From Octopus bimaculoides (lineage: Eukaryota), in contig NC_068999.1 in NCBI RefSeq assembly GCF_001194135.2, positions 15,572,288 to 15,636,065 on the forward strand: a DNA stretch of 63,778 nucleotides. The letters are read 5' to 3'. Shown piece by piece: positions 1 to 12,956 of the stretch. How positions within the stretch are numbered: position 1 is the stretch's first letter; each line of letters opens with the position of its first letter. A program made the position numbers and the translations under genes. Below the pieces are notes generated by a model. The model worked only from the letters and a program-made list of their open reading frames with translations, was not told the origin of the DNA and did no database searches.

Positions 1-90
1 TATATATATATAATTATATACATATATATAAACGTATACATATATACATGTATACATATGTATATGCGTATACACACACGAACACACACA

Positions 91-136
<46 letters not shown>

Positions 137-995
137 CATACATACCATATATGTTACATAAATGACTAACATTTTAATATTTTTCTATTCTTCCCCTATA
201 TAAAATTCCATGTATGAAATATAATTTTCGTAGAACGAAGGTATGTTGAAGCTAATGATTTAGAACCAGGTTGAAGTCAATAAATTGAAATAGAACAGTA
301 GATTAATGAATGCAGTTCGTGTATTCCTTATAAATTAATATTTTCAGCAGTTTGAGTTGATGAATATTTGATAATGTATTTCACAATTTTTGCTTCAATG
401 CAAAAATCAACGTTTTCTAATTTAATGCTATAATATCACCTACATGTAATTAGACATTTTATAAAACCATTCATTCTATTGTAAAAAATTACAGAAATAA
501 TAATATCTTTCGATTTTTAAAGACGTATATGCAGAGTGATTTGTGTTCCTCAAGAAGTAGGTTGTCATTAATCTGAACGTAAAATACTTTGGGTTTCAGA
601 ATACATACATACAAATAAACATACATACATACATACATATATATATATATANNNNNNNNNNNNNNNNNNNNNNNNNNNNNNNNNNNNNNNNNNNNNNNNN
701 NNNNNNNNNNNNNNNNNNNNNNNNNNNNNNNNNNNNNNNNNNNNNNNNNNNNNNNNNNNNNNNNNNNNNNNNNNNNNNNNNNNNNNNNNNNNNNNNNNNN
801 NNNNNNNNNNNNNNNNNNNNNNNNNNNNNNNNNNNNNNNNNNNNNNNNNNNNNNNNNNNNNNNNNNNNNNNNNNNNNNNNNNNNNNNNNNNNNNNNNNNN
901 NNNNNNNNNNNNNNNNNNNNNNNNNNNNNNNNNNNNNNNNNNNNNNNTATATATATATACATGTATGTATGTATGTATATGCCCAAAGATAATGT

Positions 996-1266
996 TTTAT
1001 TAATTTCATCTAGTCACTGAGAGTTTTCTTGTAAAATTTCAATTGCCATTACCTAAATTTTGAAAATAATTATTTTCTTATTTTATTTTATTCATTTTAT
1101 ATTTCTCCAAATTTATTTTCTGCGTGACTTTTGCCACGGATATTTAATGCTTGTTTCTTCGCTTTCTCATTTCATAAGGCATTGTAAAATTTCCATCAAA
1201 ATTTCGTTTAAACCTTAATTTTGTTTTCGTCTGAAAAGGACATTAATCGATCAGCATTATTTTATT
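996..1266 (-). promoter_or_regulatory. Candidate polyadenylation signals (AATAAA) of the neuroligin 3' UTR
   Basis: Minus-strand AATAAA at 1261-1266, 1082-1087 and 996-1001, downstream of the stop codon. AT-rich DNA yields such hexamers by chance, so the site actually used is unknown. Confidence 0.3.
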
Positions 1267-1289
1267 ATTGATTATTTTCATTATTATTG

Positions 1290-1580
1290 TCATTGTCTTT
1301 ATCATCATCATCATGACTTTCAACACTTCCTCCGACATTATCTTTTATCTGTCAAACCCTTTCTCCTTTACCATTATAACCTTATTTTCATTATTATCAT
1401 CGTCATCATCATCATTGTCATTTTCAATCTCATCATCAATATCATCATCATCATCGTCGCCATCGTCATTTTTCCTCATCACCATTATCATTATTATTAT
1501 GAATAGTATTGTTGTTATTATTAAACATTAATCACCATCATCATCATCATTATCATCATCATCATCAACATCATCATCAA
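1290..1580. repeat. Imperfect (ATC)n/(ATT)n trinucleotide tract in the presumptive 3' UTR
   Basis: Long runs of catcatcat and attatt; these explain the spurious ORF at 1268-1531. Confidence 0.85.
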
Positions 1581-1832
1581 CTTTCCATCTCTGATATTTC
1601 AAAATTGAATCCAGTTCTTATATATCGTAAGGAAATGTATCCAGCACGTTGATTCCACTTAAGAAACCACATGTCTCCAGCCCGAATGACATATTATGGT
1701 GTGCTTTATAAATACATTAACTATTCACACATATAAATGGTTATAATTGTTTTGTGAAATAATTGGTAAATCTTTCTCGATTGTTTATAGATGTTTTTTT
1801 GTTATGTCTTTCTTTAAAAATAAATGCAGCAC

Positions 1833-2809
1833 TCACACTATCGTAATAGCATTATTTGCCTGGTCAATACCCGATGATCGATGTGATTTCTTGCTTGATT
1901 CCATGGAATCTTTGGATTTTATAGCATTCGGTATGACCTTTCGAGATGGCGAACTTCCTTTCGTAGGATGGTCAAGTGTGGAAGATGGAGTATTGGATGC
2001 CCTGTGCAAAGGTGATGAAGACGTTGTTGGCAATGCGCTATATGAATACGCTTGCGAAGCGGGTATTTTGCTAGGATTTTGTTTACTAGAATTATTTGAT
2101 GGATTATTATGTTGAGCCTGCCTAGTAGGTGATGATTGCGTCGGGGGTGTTGACATTAAACTAACGGTTTCAGGGCCTCCTATACTACTTCCACCCATTC
2201 CTCCACCCATACTTCCGACTCCAGACACACCACCGATTTTGTTCGACTCCTTCTCAATCTTCCTTGATAATTTGATCTCGTCCATATCGTCTTTTTCTCG
2301 TCTAGATTTTTTCATACGTTCTCGCTGATAATAGACACCAGCAAATATGAGTATGTTGAGGAAGAGTAATGAGCAGCCGACAGCTACAGTGATGCTGAGA
2401 GGAACGATACTTTCTCCTTCTTTAATAGCCGAACTAGCATCTCTCTGTGAGTTTGTACCCGTCGTAGTTCGTCGATCATCCATCGCGTAATCTGGGGTTG
2501 TCCCAGTTGAAAGATCGTTTGCGTACTCAACATTGTACCCATTCGGTGGAGGTGTTGATGGACCACCATTTGTAGAAGGAGAATGCGATTTGGGTGGAGG
2601 GGTAATGGGAGGGACAGGAGGAGGAGAAGGGAAGACATCCGTAAAGTGAAAAAGCCTATCCGGCTCATCGTATGTACTCATGTTATTTGAGTTGTCTAAG
2701 CGATGATGTTCTGGACTGCAGTTATCTGGTTTGTGAATTTTCGGAAGTAATTCTAACCACACAGAAATTTTTTGTCCCCGGTAATATTCTTTCACATTTG
2801 GACGCCTTC
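1833..2809 (-). CDS. NLGN: Neuroligin, terminal coding exon: end of cholinesterase-like domain, stalk, TM helix, cytoplasmic tail
   Basis: Acceptor ttttcgttgcAG|GA AGG CGT (phase 1). Translates (G)RRPNVKEYYRGQKISVWLELLPKIH, matching the neuroligin RPRVxxHYRxxKxxFWLxLxPxLH motif. TM LSITVAVGCSLLFLNILIFAGVYYQR is typical of neuroligins. Ends ITIV-TGA (1833-1835). Paralogue or subtype cannot be assigned. Confidence 0.96.
2331..2399 (-). other. NLGN: Transmembrane helix coding segment of neuroligin
   Basis: Hydrophobic LSITVAVGCSLLFLNILIFAGVY followed by the basic stop-transfer segment YQRERMKKSRR. Confidence 0.9.
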
Positions 2810-5757
2810 CTGCAACGAAAAGAAAACAAAGAAAGAATTGATTTCAACTTCTTAAAACAGGTAAGATACATTTGCTATAAAAACGCACGCACGCACACAC
2901 ATGTAGCCGTTGTGCATGTGTATCTGAATATATATATATCTTTTAAACAGGTAGACACACAATTACGTTTTACGAATAGATATGTGCCTACATGCATGTG
3001 TTTATTATACACGCACACACACACAAGTATGGGTGTCTATGCAATTAACACTCATTAAATTTGGTTCGTGCATGTAACAGGTCACATTCACTCATTAGGC
3101 ATTTTGAATGAAAACTTGCTTCTTTACGATTATATAACCTCTGAGTGCAGGTTGCACGTGAACAACATATTTTTGTTCTAGTATAATAAAAATTCCTCTT
3201 GCGCACAGACGATATGCATGTCAAAATGTTCTTATACATTAATATTTTGCTCAGATGCTGTAAGCAGATTCATCCTTATCTTCAATCATAATGTTCGAGT
3301 GTCCTCAAATGCCAGAATGCTTCAAATATAGAGCGTACGTACATCGGAGTACTTGAGTCTAAGTCATTACATTATTTACGCTTCGTGCATCTACGTCGAA
3401 CCTCAATGTATCTAAAGTTAACACTATAAATCCATTAAACTAGTGGCGATAAATTCTTGCAAGCAAAAATGTTAGAATGTTTAATTAAATAAGCTGTTTT
3501 ATGAAAAAATTATATGGTTAAGGATCTTCTCGAACAAGTGAATGTAAATAGTCCCTTAAAATCTCTTACACTTAATATTCTATTTGTCTTGTAAAATATA
3601 TGTATACAGCTGAAATTTAGCTTTAATGTATTACTTATTTCTTTACTGACCATAAAGGGCTACACACAGAGGGGACAAACAAGGGCAGACAAACGGATTA
3701 AGCCGATTATATCGACCCCAGTGCGTAACTGGTACTTATTTAATCGACCCCGAAAGGATGAAAGGCAAAGTCGACCTCGGCGGAATTTGAACTCAGAAGG
3801 TAGCGGCAGACGAAATACCACTAAGCATTTCGCCCGGCGTGCTCACGTTTCTGCCAGCTCACCGCCTTTAGCGTAAATGTATTACTAATAAGTAGTTTCG
3901 GATATTTGTGGTTTTCGTCACTGTTTACAATTATGTTTAAAATAATTTTTTAATGTCTCATATAGATGTAACTTTTAACTCCAGAGCTCAAAGTTTAATA
4001 ATTTCCAGTAAATCATAAAGCAGCGCGTTCGCTGCCTCTTCCATCCTCGGGGTGGGCATCGGCTTGTCAAAACATTGCTACTTACCTTGTACAAGTACAC
4101 ATACATATACTCACAGCTTTGGAACGCAGTTTAATTTTTCTTTTCAGCGTTGAATGTTTACCATCCCACTTCCATTGCACACACATATACACACACGCAC
4201 ACACGCACGCACACGCACACACACGCACACACGCACGCACACACACACACACATACACACACACATATAAATATTCACATGTTTTACATACACGCACATA
4301 TACTCACAGAGTTGAAACGGTCCCACTTCCAGATCGCCATTACCCATTCTTTCCTTATTCATTTATCCCCCCTTCCTTTATCATTCAAATGTTGTGACGG
4401 AGAAAAACACAAATGTATTATTATAGTGAGAAGATTATCTTTCTCATATTTCTTTCTCCTCCTTGTGTGCATGCGCAGCATCTCTGTTTCCATAGTAAAC
4501 AGAGGTTTTCGCCACGGTGACGTGTAAAATACTCGCTTGTGATTGGTTAACATACCCAAATTTTGAAAATGGTAAGGGCCAATAACTCTTCAATTATGGA
4601 TTTATATGAGGAATGAATTTCATTTTCATAATTAGTACATAAAACTTAATCCCTATACCCAAATTTGAAAACAATCGGAAGAAAATTGTAAATAATTACG
4701 AAAACTACGAATATCTAGCGAGATTCGTTTTTGCGTTAATATTGAACGTTGATTTAAACCAAACAATTCTTACGCTTCATGTTACTATATTTGTGTAATT
4801 AAGTTTAGCTTTAAAATGACTCAATTATTTTCTTGAATGTGTTTATATGAAAGAGATTACAAATTTGAAGGAATTGGATTTTTCACAGAATAATTCAAAA
4901 TGGTATGCGGCTAGTTTCACGCGATACGTTATATGGTTCTTATTTTCCATTTCGCTTTATTTTTTTTATTTCAAAATATTAAGCAATCTGTTATGCATAC
5001 GTACGACAGTGCGCGCACACAAACAANNNNNNNNNNNNNNNNNNNNNNNNNNNNNNNNNNNNNNNNNNNNNNNNNNNNNNNNNNNNNNNNNNNNNNNNNN
5101 NNNNNNNNNNNNNNNNNNNNNNNNNNNNNNNNNNNNNNNNNNNNNNNNNNNNNNNNNNNNNNNNNNNNNNNNNNNNNNNNNNNNNNNNNNNNNNNNNATA
5201 TACATACATATATTTATATCACAGTCATAGTTGAATATCGGTCACTTGACGGCAAGAAATATATTGGAACAATTTTTGAAGTATTTGGCAAGCAATATCA
5301 TGGAACAATCTTGTATATGGCACATATATTACAGAGTTCATTTTTGCAATCGTATACCGATCAAGACAAGATGAATAAGAAAAGTTGCTCTCTTCATTCA
5401 TGTGAAGAATCTAAACATTTTCTATTCCCTATCGTCTATGGATACTGTTTTCAATCGCGATCATAAATTTGATCATTCATTTAAGTTTCTGATTCTATAC
5501 CGATGCATTTGTGAAAAAATCCATTCAAAGTAAACCAGTTATGGAAGTTCGTACACGTTTTCATGTATAACAAACAAATTTCCACAAACTTATACATTAC
5601 TTACTATTAAGGAAAAAAACAACGGAAAAAAAGGTGTCCACTGACTATCATAATTCATCATACACTATCTGAAACTCAGTTAGAATTGTCAAAGCTGACG
5701 AGGTCTCACAAATAAATTTACCAGAAAACAAAAAAGAACGCTTGGAATACATCTTAC
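2810..5757 (-). other. NLGN: Neuroligin intron (2,948 bp, phase 1)
   Basis: GTAAGA donor at 5757 and AG acceptor at 2811-2810; reading frame is continuous across it. Confidence 0.92.
3636..3866 (-). mobile_element. tRNA-derived SINE, family A, full length with target-site duplication
   Basis: Minus strand starts GGCGGTGAGCTGGCAGAAACG (A-box-like), then GAGTTCAAATTCC (B-box-like) and the body GTCGACTTTGCCTTTCATCCTTTCGGGGTCGA. Flanked by an 18/20 direct repeat, tttagctttaatgtattact (3616-3635) and tttagcgtaaatgtattact (3867-3886). Homologous copies occur elsewhere in the window. Confidence 0.9.
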
Positions 5758-5873
5758 CAATATGTATATACTTCTGCTCCTCCTCTTCGTATTTTGGCCA
5801 ATTGAGGTCCATGAAACGATTAATCACTCTTCCGCCATGAACCGATTCTTGTTTTACTGGTTTATTGGGATCT
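5758..5873 (-). CDS. NLGN: Neuroligin, internal 116-nt exon (DPNKPVKQESVHGGRVINRFMDLNWPKYEEEEQKYIHIG)
   Basis: Not in the ORF track. Acceptor ttttcAG|A GAT CCC AAT and donor ATT G|GTAAGA. It starts in phase 2 and ends in phase 1, exactly bridging the flanking exons. DPN...W.KY....Q.Y.HIG is the conserved neuroligin/cholinesterase segment. Confidence 0.95.
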
Positions 5874-6988
5874 CTGAAAATAGAAATATATTCGGAAGGG
5901 ATCTATGTTAATTATAAATATATGGATATATTTTTTTCAAAAACAAAAACATAAAATACAGAAACTTTGCAGTATATACACAGGATATTTAATGCCTTGA
6001 TTTTAAATTTACTGTGTAATTCATATCATCTGTTCGCTTTGAAAAATTATCTTTTAAATTTTTGAGAAATAGACATTTTATTCATGACTTGGGTATTTGT
6101 GCTAACGCCTATATCTATGTCCAAAATTCTGGTAGCGGAGATTAGATGTGTAGCGTGAAGTGGCAGAATACTTACCGATAAAAAAAGAATTTTATTCACA
6201 TATAAACAAAACAAATTAAAATTTAAATGTAAAAGAATGTTAAAACCATATTTTATATATTCATATATTCAGATAAAAGTAAGTACTAGTAAATATTCTT
6301 TGGTTGAAACATTGACATTTGTGTGCTAACTTGTATAAACACACTTTTTAATGCATATTTGACTTCATACAGAAAGTGCATCATCATATTTTTATTTACT
6401 CTAAAGTGCATCGTGGATTCTAAAGCAATATAATTGAATTAGAATACAGGCAATATGAAAGCAAGTCTATTAATTCACTGTCCTCAATAACCATCTTTTT
6501 AACCACATTGAATTTCTCATTATCCAAGAAAGACACAATAATCAATAGCATATATTGATTTCATAAATTAGAACGGTACCAAAAATTGGTGGGAAACGTA
6601 TTTCGTCTATTTAATAAAGCCTGCAGGGAAAATAAACGTATTTGGTACCGAAGAAACTCGAAGCTTGAAATAAGTGAACCTAACAACCTAATGGAAGTGG
6701 TAATTTTCGCACATAAACACGGATATACATAGAAGCGTATAATGAAATGAATGGAGCCTAGTACATATCCGTACTCAACCTATGAGGTTTCATTTCCTCG
6801 CCCTTGGTACAGAATATTTTGTTATTTCGTTCGGCGCTCTGTTACAGGTACTATTCAGCTAAGATACATTCGATAGAAAAATATATACAAGTTCGAATAA
6901 ATACAAGTTACACCCCCACAAAAAAAGAAAAATAAATCCATACATAAACACACATAGAAATATATATTTATTATAAGTGTATATATTA

Positions 6989-7070
<82 letters not shown>

Positions 7071-7534
7071 TCACACATATGTATATTTATACATATGCAT
7101 ATATATATATATATATATATATACGCATATATATCCATGCATATATATACACATATATTTATTGAATATATGAAATATTGCGTATTGAATATAGAGAATT
7201 AAATATATATATATAGGCTAGTATATACTTTCATGCCTATTGGCATTCATCAACAGATATACTGTAACAGACTGGCTGTTCCTTTGTCTTTTATACCTAT
7301 TCCTTTGGACAGCAGCAGTAGGTGTTTTGCTATTTTTAGAAATGATGACATTTGAGAGTTTTTTTGTGTTTTAATTATAGGGAAAAGATTTCTAGACCCC
7401 AAGTAAGATAAATTTAATCATTGTTTGTTAAGAGTGAGTTTGAATTTCTTAATAAAGTAATTTTCTTCGCGTTTTCTCTCAATTTCATTCAGTTAGTAAA
7501 GTTTATGGAATGGAAATATCATAAAAAGTTTCAC

Positions 7535-7574
<40 letters not shown>

Positions 7575-9422
7575 TGTTTCTAGGATATCCCAGATAGTGA
7601 AGCATCGTGTCGAACGAGGATTCCAAAGGCCAAGTATACCATCAACGGAGAAACCTCAAACTGACGAAAACTCTTGCTATATATGTGTGTATGTGTATTT
7701 GATTATTTATATATAATACAGAGATGGATAGACAATTGGATAAGGAAATACTGAACCAGTAGTACATGTGTTGAGATTATAGATATTTTACAACTAAATG
7801 CCGAACATTCACATATAATAAAATTTTCATTTAAACTTAATTTTAATGTCTAGAGTAGAAGCGAACGAAGGAAAATACATTGGACTGTTTCAAACAAATT
7901 GCCAAAAATTCAGTTTTAAATTGCCAAAAATTGCCAAAAATTCAGATATTTGTATTTGTACTCATAATATATATTTGCTATGGGATTCACCCATTAGTTT
8001 GTAGATCATATTTCACCGGTGAGGTTCACGCTGTTAATGCAAATGGATGTGTTGTTAAAGAAATACATTTATTTTTTCACAATAGAATACTGTCTTTTAG
8101 CAATTCAGTTCATATGAATCATAGACAAGATATTTTATTGTTCAAACATATTTAGAATCATTTAATTGATAGTGAATTAAGCTGTCCGGAAAAAAAAGAT
8201 CAGATACAAAAAAACAAAAATGGCAAGGAACATAAAACTGGTAGAAATTACATCTGCGTGAATAAAGTTTACACGAGTGGTATCATATTAGAAACGGAAA
8301 TTTATAATTCGTTTCCACGTATTTGATATTTACAAACATCAATAAACCAAAAGCTAATGAGGATATAAATTAACGTATCAAATATCTGATACGCGTAAGC
8401 TAACACTCTAACGACTAAATATTTTCAGTCCTTGTTTAACATGAGAAACAATGAAAAATATAATATCTGACTCACATACATACAATCTGACGATCAAACA
8501 ATTATTTGAAATACTAGCGTAACTGTTTAGGTTGCGGTTCCATTTTTAAATCGTAACACAATTTTTTATATTGCATTCTTTTTTTTTTTTTTTTTTAGAA
8601 ACCGGATGATCATGCTAATGAACAAAGTCGTTGAATGCGTGTTATTTATGTCTCATTCTTCTTTACTTGATACTTGAATCTCTATTTGAATAGAAATAAT
8701 TTGAAACAAACTTTGTAAATATGTCTGGCAATTCACTCGACTTTGTATAATAGACTTTCAATACTCAGAATTGTATTTTTCTTGTCTTTGTATTCTCTAT
8801 TTTCAAGCTTAAACTTTTTCACGGCACTTGCGTTTATAGGAGCAAGACTTGTCTTCTTTACGCATTGTCTGAATACTGGTGCTTACAAAATGAAGTATAC
8901 TAATTACGATGTTTCGAATTCTCAGGGGTTCTGGAATCAAAGTGGACTGATGTTTATCCGTGTTTGTATCTTGTCCTTTCCGCTAGTTATTCCACACGTC
9001 TTTGAACAATTTTTCATATATACGCTAAAATCGAACGATGACAATGATTGCTCAGAATTGCGTTGGTAGATAAATACTGTTTATTTGTGGGTTAAAATGC
9101 TATTAATGGTTCCATGCAGAGAGAAATCTCTAAACAATTACCAGGCCTGCTATATGGCACTTAATCTCTATCTTCGAAGAAATATATAAATAAATAAAAT
9201 ATAGAGATCATAGGAGGGAACTTATAGGAAAATCATAACTGTTGTCTCTCCTGCATTGGACTTCCATCCTGGATAAAACACGCATAAAAGACGTCCAGGA
9301 GTATAACCTAATGCTGGTTTCCCTCAGGGTACATACCGGAAGAGTAGACTATATGAGAACATAACATTTTTGAATTATAACTATTTAAAATTAAATTACT
9401 GTGCTTTATGTTTCAGAAAATA

Positions 9423-9479
<57 letters not shown>

Positions 9480-10293
9480 TACACTTGGATGTATGCTTTG
9501 TGTGTGTGTGTGCATTTTGGTGTGCGCACACAATTTGTATGGATGCCCATGCACCTACTTGTATATTTATATTTCTATGAATTTGGACATGAACGATTAT
9601 TCTCACATAAAAAGTTTAAGGAATCAATGAATCTACTGTGAATACAGTTGATTTTAATGATGGTGGAAGAATGCTAGAGAAACCGCGATTATGCTTTTTC
9701 TATAAGTTATCTCTCACGATCTGTAATATTTATTTATCTTGAAATCCCGTACAATCTCGTGCTGCTTCGTTTATTCTCATCGAAGATGGAGACGAATATT
9801 ACCGTTTCAATCCGACAGGCTTGGTAACTGAGAGTTGTCTTACATGAAACCAAATAAAATAAAATATATAGGTGTGTGTGCGCGCGTGTGCGATTGCGTT
9901 TAATTCGATGTCACATTATTGAATGTGCTTTGTTTATGCGCTCATTGGCTGCGAGATAGTAACAGAAGGAGAAAAAATCCCTGTATGACACTAAATACCT
10001 AAAATTGAGCGTGATGAGAATGATGGATATCGATATTTTGTTGTCTTTGCAGCTCTTCAAGATAACTGCAATTACTGGTCTGAGGGGTTTATACATATAG
10101 TGTATAGTCTATCCACTGAAGTGCAATAAAGTAACACAAATAAACGAACAAATGTTCGCCATATCTCTCATTGGTGTTTGTCTAAAATGGACGGTGAAAC
10201 CAGTTGATATATATACTTTTCTGCTGTATTTGGTTTATAGTTCATCTGCGTAGCCTTGTGTCTGTATTCGAGTTTTGCTTTGTATTATTTTAA

Positions 10294-10479
10294 TCTTTTA
10301 TTCTTTTACTTGCTTCGTTCATTGGACTGCGGCCATGCTGAATAACCGCCTATTATCCAGACAAATTGACTCCAGGACTTATTCTTTGTAAGCTTGGTAC
10401 TTATTCTATCGATCAATTTTGCCAAACCACTAATTTAGGGAAACGTAGACACACCAACAACAATTGCCCATTGATGCAC

Positions 10480-10524
<45 letters not shown>

Positions 10525-10610
10525 CACCACGGGCTTCTTTTCAGTTTTCGTCTACCAAATCCATTCAGCCCGAAGCTATAGTAGAAGACACTTGCCCAAG
10601 GTGTCACGCG
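10294..10610 (-). mobile_element. SINE family B, 5'-truncated copy with internal CA/TA microsatellite
   Basis: Shares cttttacttg..actgcggccatgctg, gtacttattctatcg and gctatagtagaagacacttgcccaaggtg with the copies at 16055, 20392 and 25115. Ends are approximate. Confidence 0.85.
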
Positions 10611-11551
10611 TGTATGTGTTGTATGTGTACTAATCTTGTTCTGAAAGTGTTAGATTTTAGTACATATTTGTAGGATGATGTTACTTAGTCGAAAACTTTT
10701 CTTGGATGATTATGTCGACACTAAGTGTATTTATTTTTGATTGAGGCACTTTGTCATATTTATTTATATATTGCAGTATTTTGCTCACTTTTAGAATGGA
10801 CAATGAACTGAAGAACGGCAAACAATTTCAGAAATAATTATAAGACAACCAAGATACAAAAATCGATTTACAGAGAAAATAAAAGGAAAACAGACTCAAG
10901 ATTTATTAGAAAATAATATAAAATTGGCGGATGACATTCGTAGTCAATGCTGTATTTAGAAAACATTAGTAATCAGCTAATAAAACAATTAACATTAGGC
11001 AAAATAACATGATTCAATGGTAGAAAACCTGCACAAATATAGTTGACAGTTCACTTGAAGATTGCAGCTACGTGAAACTTGGGTCGCTAGAAGAAATTAG
11101 TTTTAAATAAAGATTAACAGTATCTCTTCCATTGACTCACAGTGAAACATTTCAATTTTTATGCATATGTATATATGCATCTCTCTATCTCTTTCTCTCT
11201 CTGTCTCTTTATATATATATNNNNNNNNNNNNNNNNNNNNNNNNNNNNNNNNNNNNNNNNNNNNNNNNNNNNNNNNNNNNNNNNNNNNNNNNNNNNNNNN
11301 NNNNNNNNNNNNNNNNNNNNNNNNNNNNNNNNNNNNNNNNNNNNNNNNNNNNNNNNNNNNNNNNNNNNNNNNNNNNNNNNNNNNNNNNNNNNNNNNNNNN
11401 NNNNNNNNNNNNNNNNNNNNNNNNNNNNNNNNNNNNNNNNNNNNNNNNNNNNNNNNNNNNNNNNNNNNNNNNNNNNNNNNNNNNNNNNNNNNNNNNNNNN
11501 NNNNNNNNNNNNNNNNNNNNNNNNNNNNNNNNNNNNNNNNNNNTATATATA

Positions 11552-11730
11552 TAGTCATAATTTACAAAAAAAACAAAAGACGAAGACGGATGTGTAAACA
11601 ACAAACAGGTGTATTAGTTTAACGCTCGGGGAGTGAGAAAGTCTTTTACGTTTCGAGCCTACGCTCTTCGACAGAAAGGAACACAAAATAAATAAGGAGA
11701 GAAAATTGAAAAAGGTTTAGTGGCTAACGA
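11552..11730 (-). mobile_element. Short non-autonomous repeat carrying a minimal hammerhead-like motif (Penelope pLTR-derived?)
   Basis: Complex island next to a TA tract and gap. Minus strand reads CCTTT-CTGTCGA-A-GAGC-gtag-GCTC-GAAA-CGTA-AAAG. I recall it as an abundant octopus repeat (unverified). Confidence 0.5.
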
Positions 11731-11996
11731 TATATGCACATGTGCTAGTTAGTGAGGAAATAAAACAAATGGCACTCGACATATTTCATTGGGCCTTATT
11801 GGCACATAAAACGCGTCTACCTCAACCTAAGTTTGAGGGCGTAGTGAAATACAAAATAGCTTCTAGGGCTGTATTTGTCAGCTCACCTAACGTGGTATTA
11901 ATGCTTTCGAAGAAATTCGAGCTAATTTTGTTACCTTTAGACTTTTAAAAGCTTCTTTCGAAAACCAATAGATATTAAAAATCTTCGTTCCCTACA

Positions 11997-12235
11997 TTGT
12001 CAAGGTCAGTTAATCCTGTCTACTTTGACATCAGCATTTCAAACATCGCACGCTACAATATTTGCAACAATAAGTCTACACAGCCTCAAAACCACACCCT
12101 CCCAAGATGTAACTGTCAGAATTTCCCTTTACGAGGATCATGTATCTCAAATGTTGTAATCTATACAGCCACCCTCACACCATCCAATCGCATTACAAAA
12201 CATTACACGTGCAAGACATCCAATCACATGGTCCC
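11997..12235 (+). mobile_element. Penelope-like element remnant (Cys-rich linker plus N-terminal GIY-YIG)
   Basis: Translates SISNIARYNICNNK...RCNCQNFPLRGSCISNVVIYTATL...HYTCKTSN. This fits the PLE pattern CNC..CPL.G.C...VVY.A.V...YIG.T in degenerate form. Confidence 0.6.
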
Positions 12236-12885
12236 ATGACGAAGCGGGTTGAATAAATTTTCAAAGCTTTACTTTGGCATACACATGGTGTCTTGTGTGG
12301 GTGAAACTAACAAAAAATAATAGAAGTTTATATGCATTAGCTCTCATCGACTCTTAGTAATATATTCCTGTTTTAATACATACTTAAATATAGTATCGAT
12401 ATATTCCAATCTTCAATTAAGTCGTGTAGTATGCCAAGAATCGTTTATTAATATTCCATCCATCGTTCTATCCATTCCTTCATTCTTAATATCATTCTCT
12501 TGTAACATCTCTCTTTCATTGGACTCTCTCTCAATAATTATATCAGCCTTTCAAAACTAATGCTCAACTTCCCTTGTTTTCTAAACTACGGAAACATATT
12601 ATACATAGATGTTTCATCTTATTATTCAAAGCATTCTTTCTATTTATTATTTATTTATTATTTTTTTTTCTGTATGATCTTCGATATGTTTCTCATAAAG
12701 TAAATTTATATAAATATTGTACAATAAATTTTGTAACCATTGTAATTTCCATATGAACTCTGAAGAGACTCAAAGAAAATTCGCAATACATATTGGTGCA
12801 TGAAGCCATTCACTCTCATTCGCACTCTGCGCGTATATACACACGTATGTATATGTATGTATATATAAGTATGTACATTAATATA

Positions 12886-12956
<71 letters not shown>

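Noticed and set aside
1268-1531. 87-aa Ile/Ser-rich ORF resembling a membrane protein
   Set aside because: It is a translation of the (ATC/ATT)n tract, antisense to the neuroligin 3' UTR.
2484-2501. TTPDYAM resembling the vertebrate gephyrin-binding PDYTL motif
   Set aside because: It lies in the extracellular stalk, upstream of the TM helix, so the resemblance is coincidental.
1747-2668. Overlapping or antisense ORFs (1747-2115 +, 2384-2668 -) and similar ones at 29316-29821
   Set aside because: They are shadow frames of real neuroligin exons with no independent motifs.
3800-3866. tRNA gene-like A and B boxes in SINE heads
   Set aside because: No cloverleaf or acceptor stem is present, and they continue into SINE bodies, so they are not tRNA genes.
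4079-4120. Perfect donor AAG|GTAAGT on the minus strand within the last intron
   Set aside because: There is no adequate upstream acceptor, and the nearest AG gives 31 nt, which breaks the frame.
5694-5730. CTGACGA-GGT...ACC-A-GAAA hammerhead-like string on the plus strand
   Set aside because: There is an extra base before GAAA, helices I and III are absent, and it is antisense to the gene.
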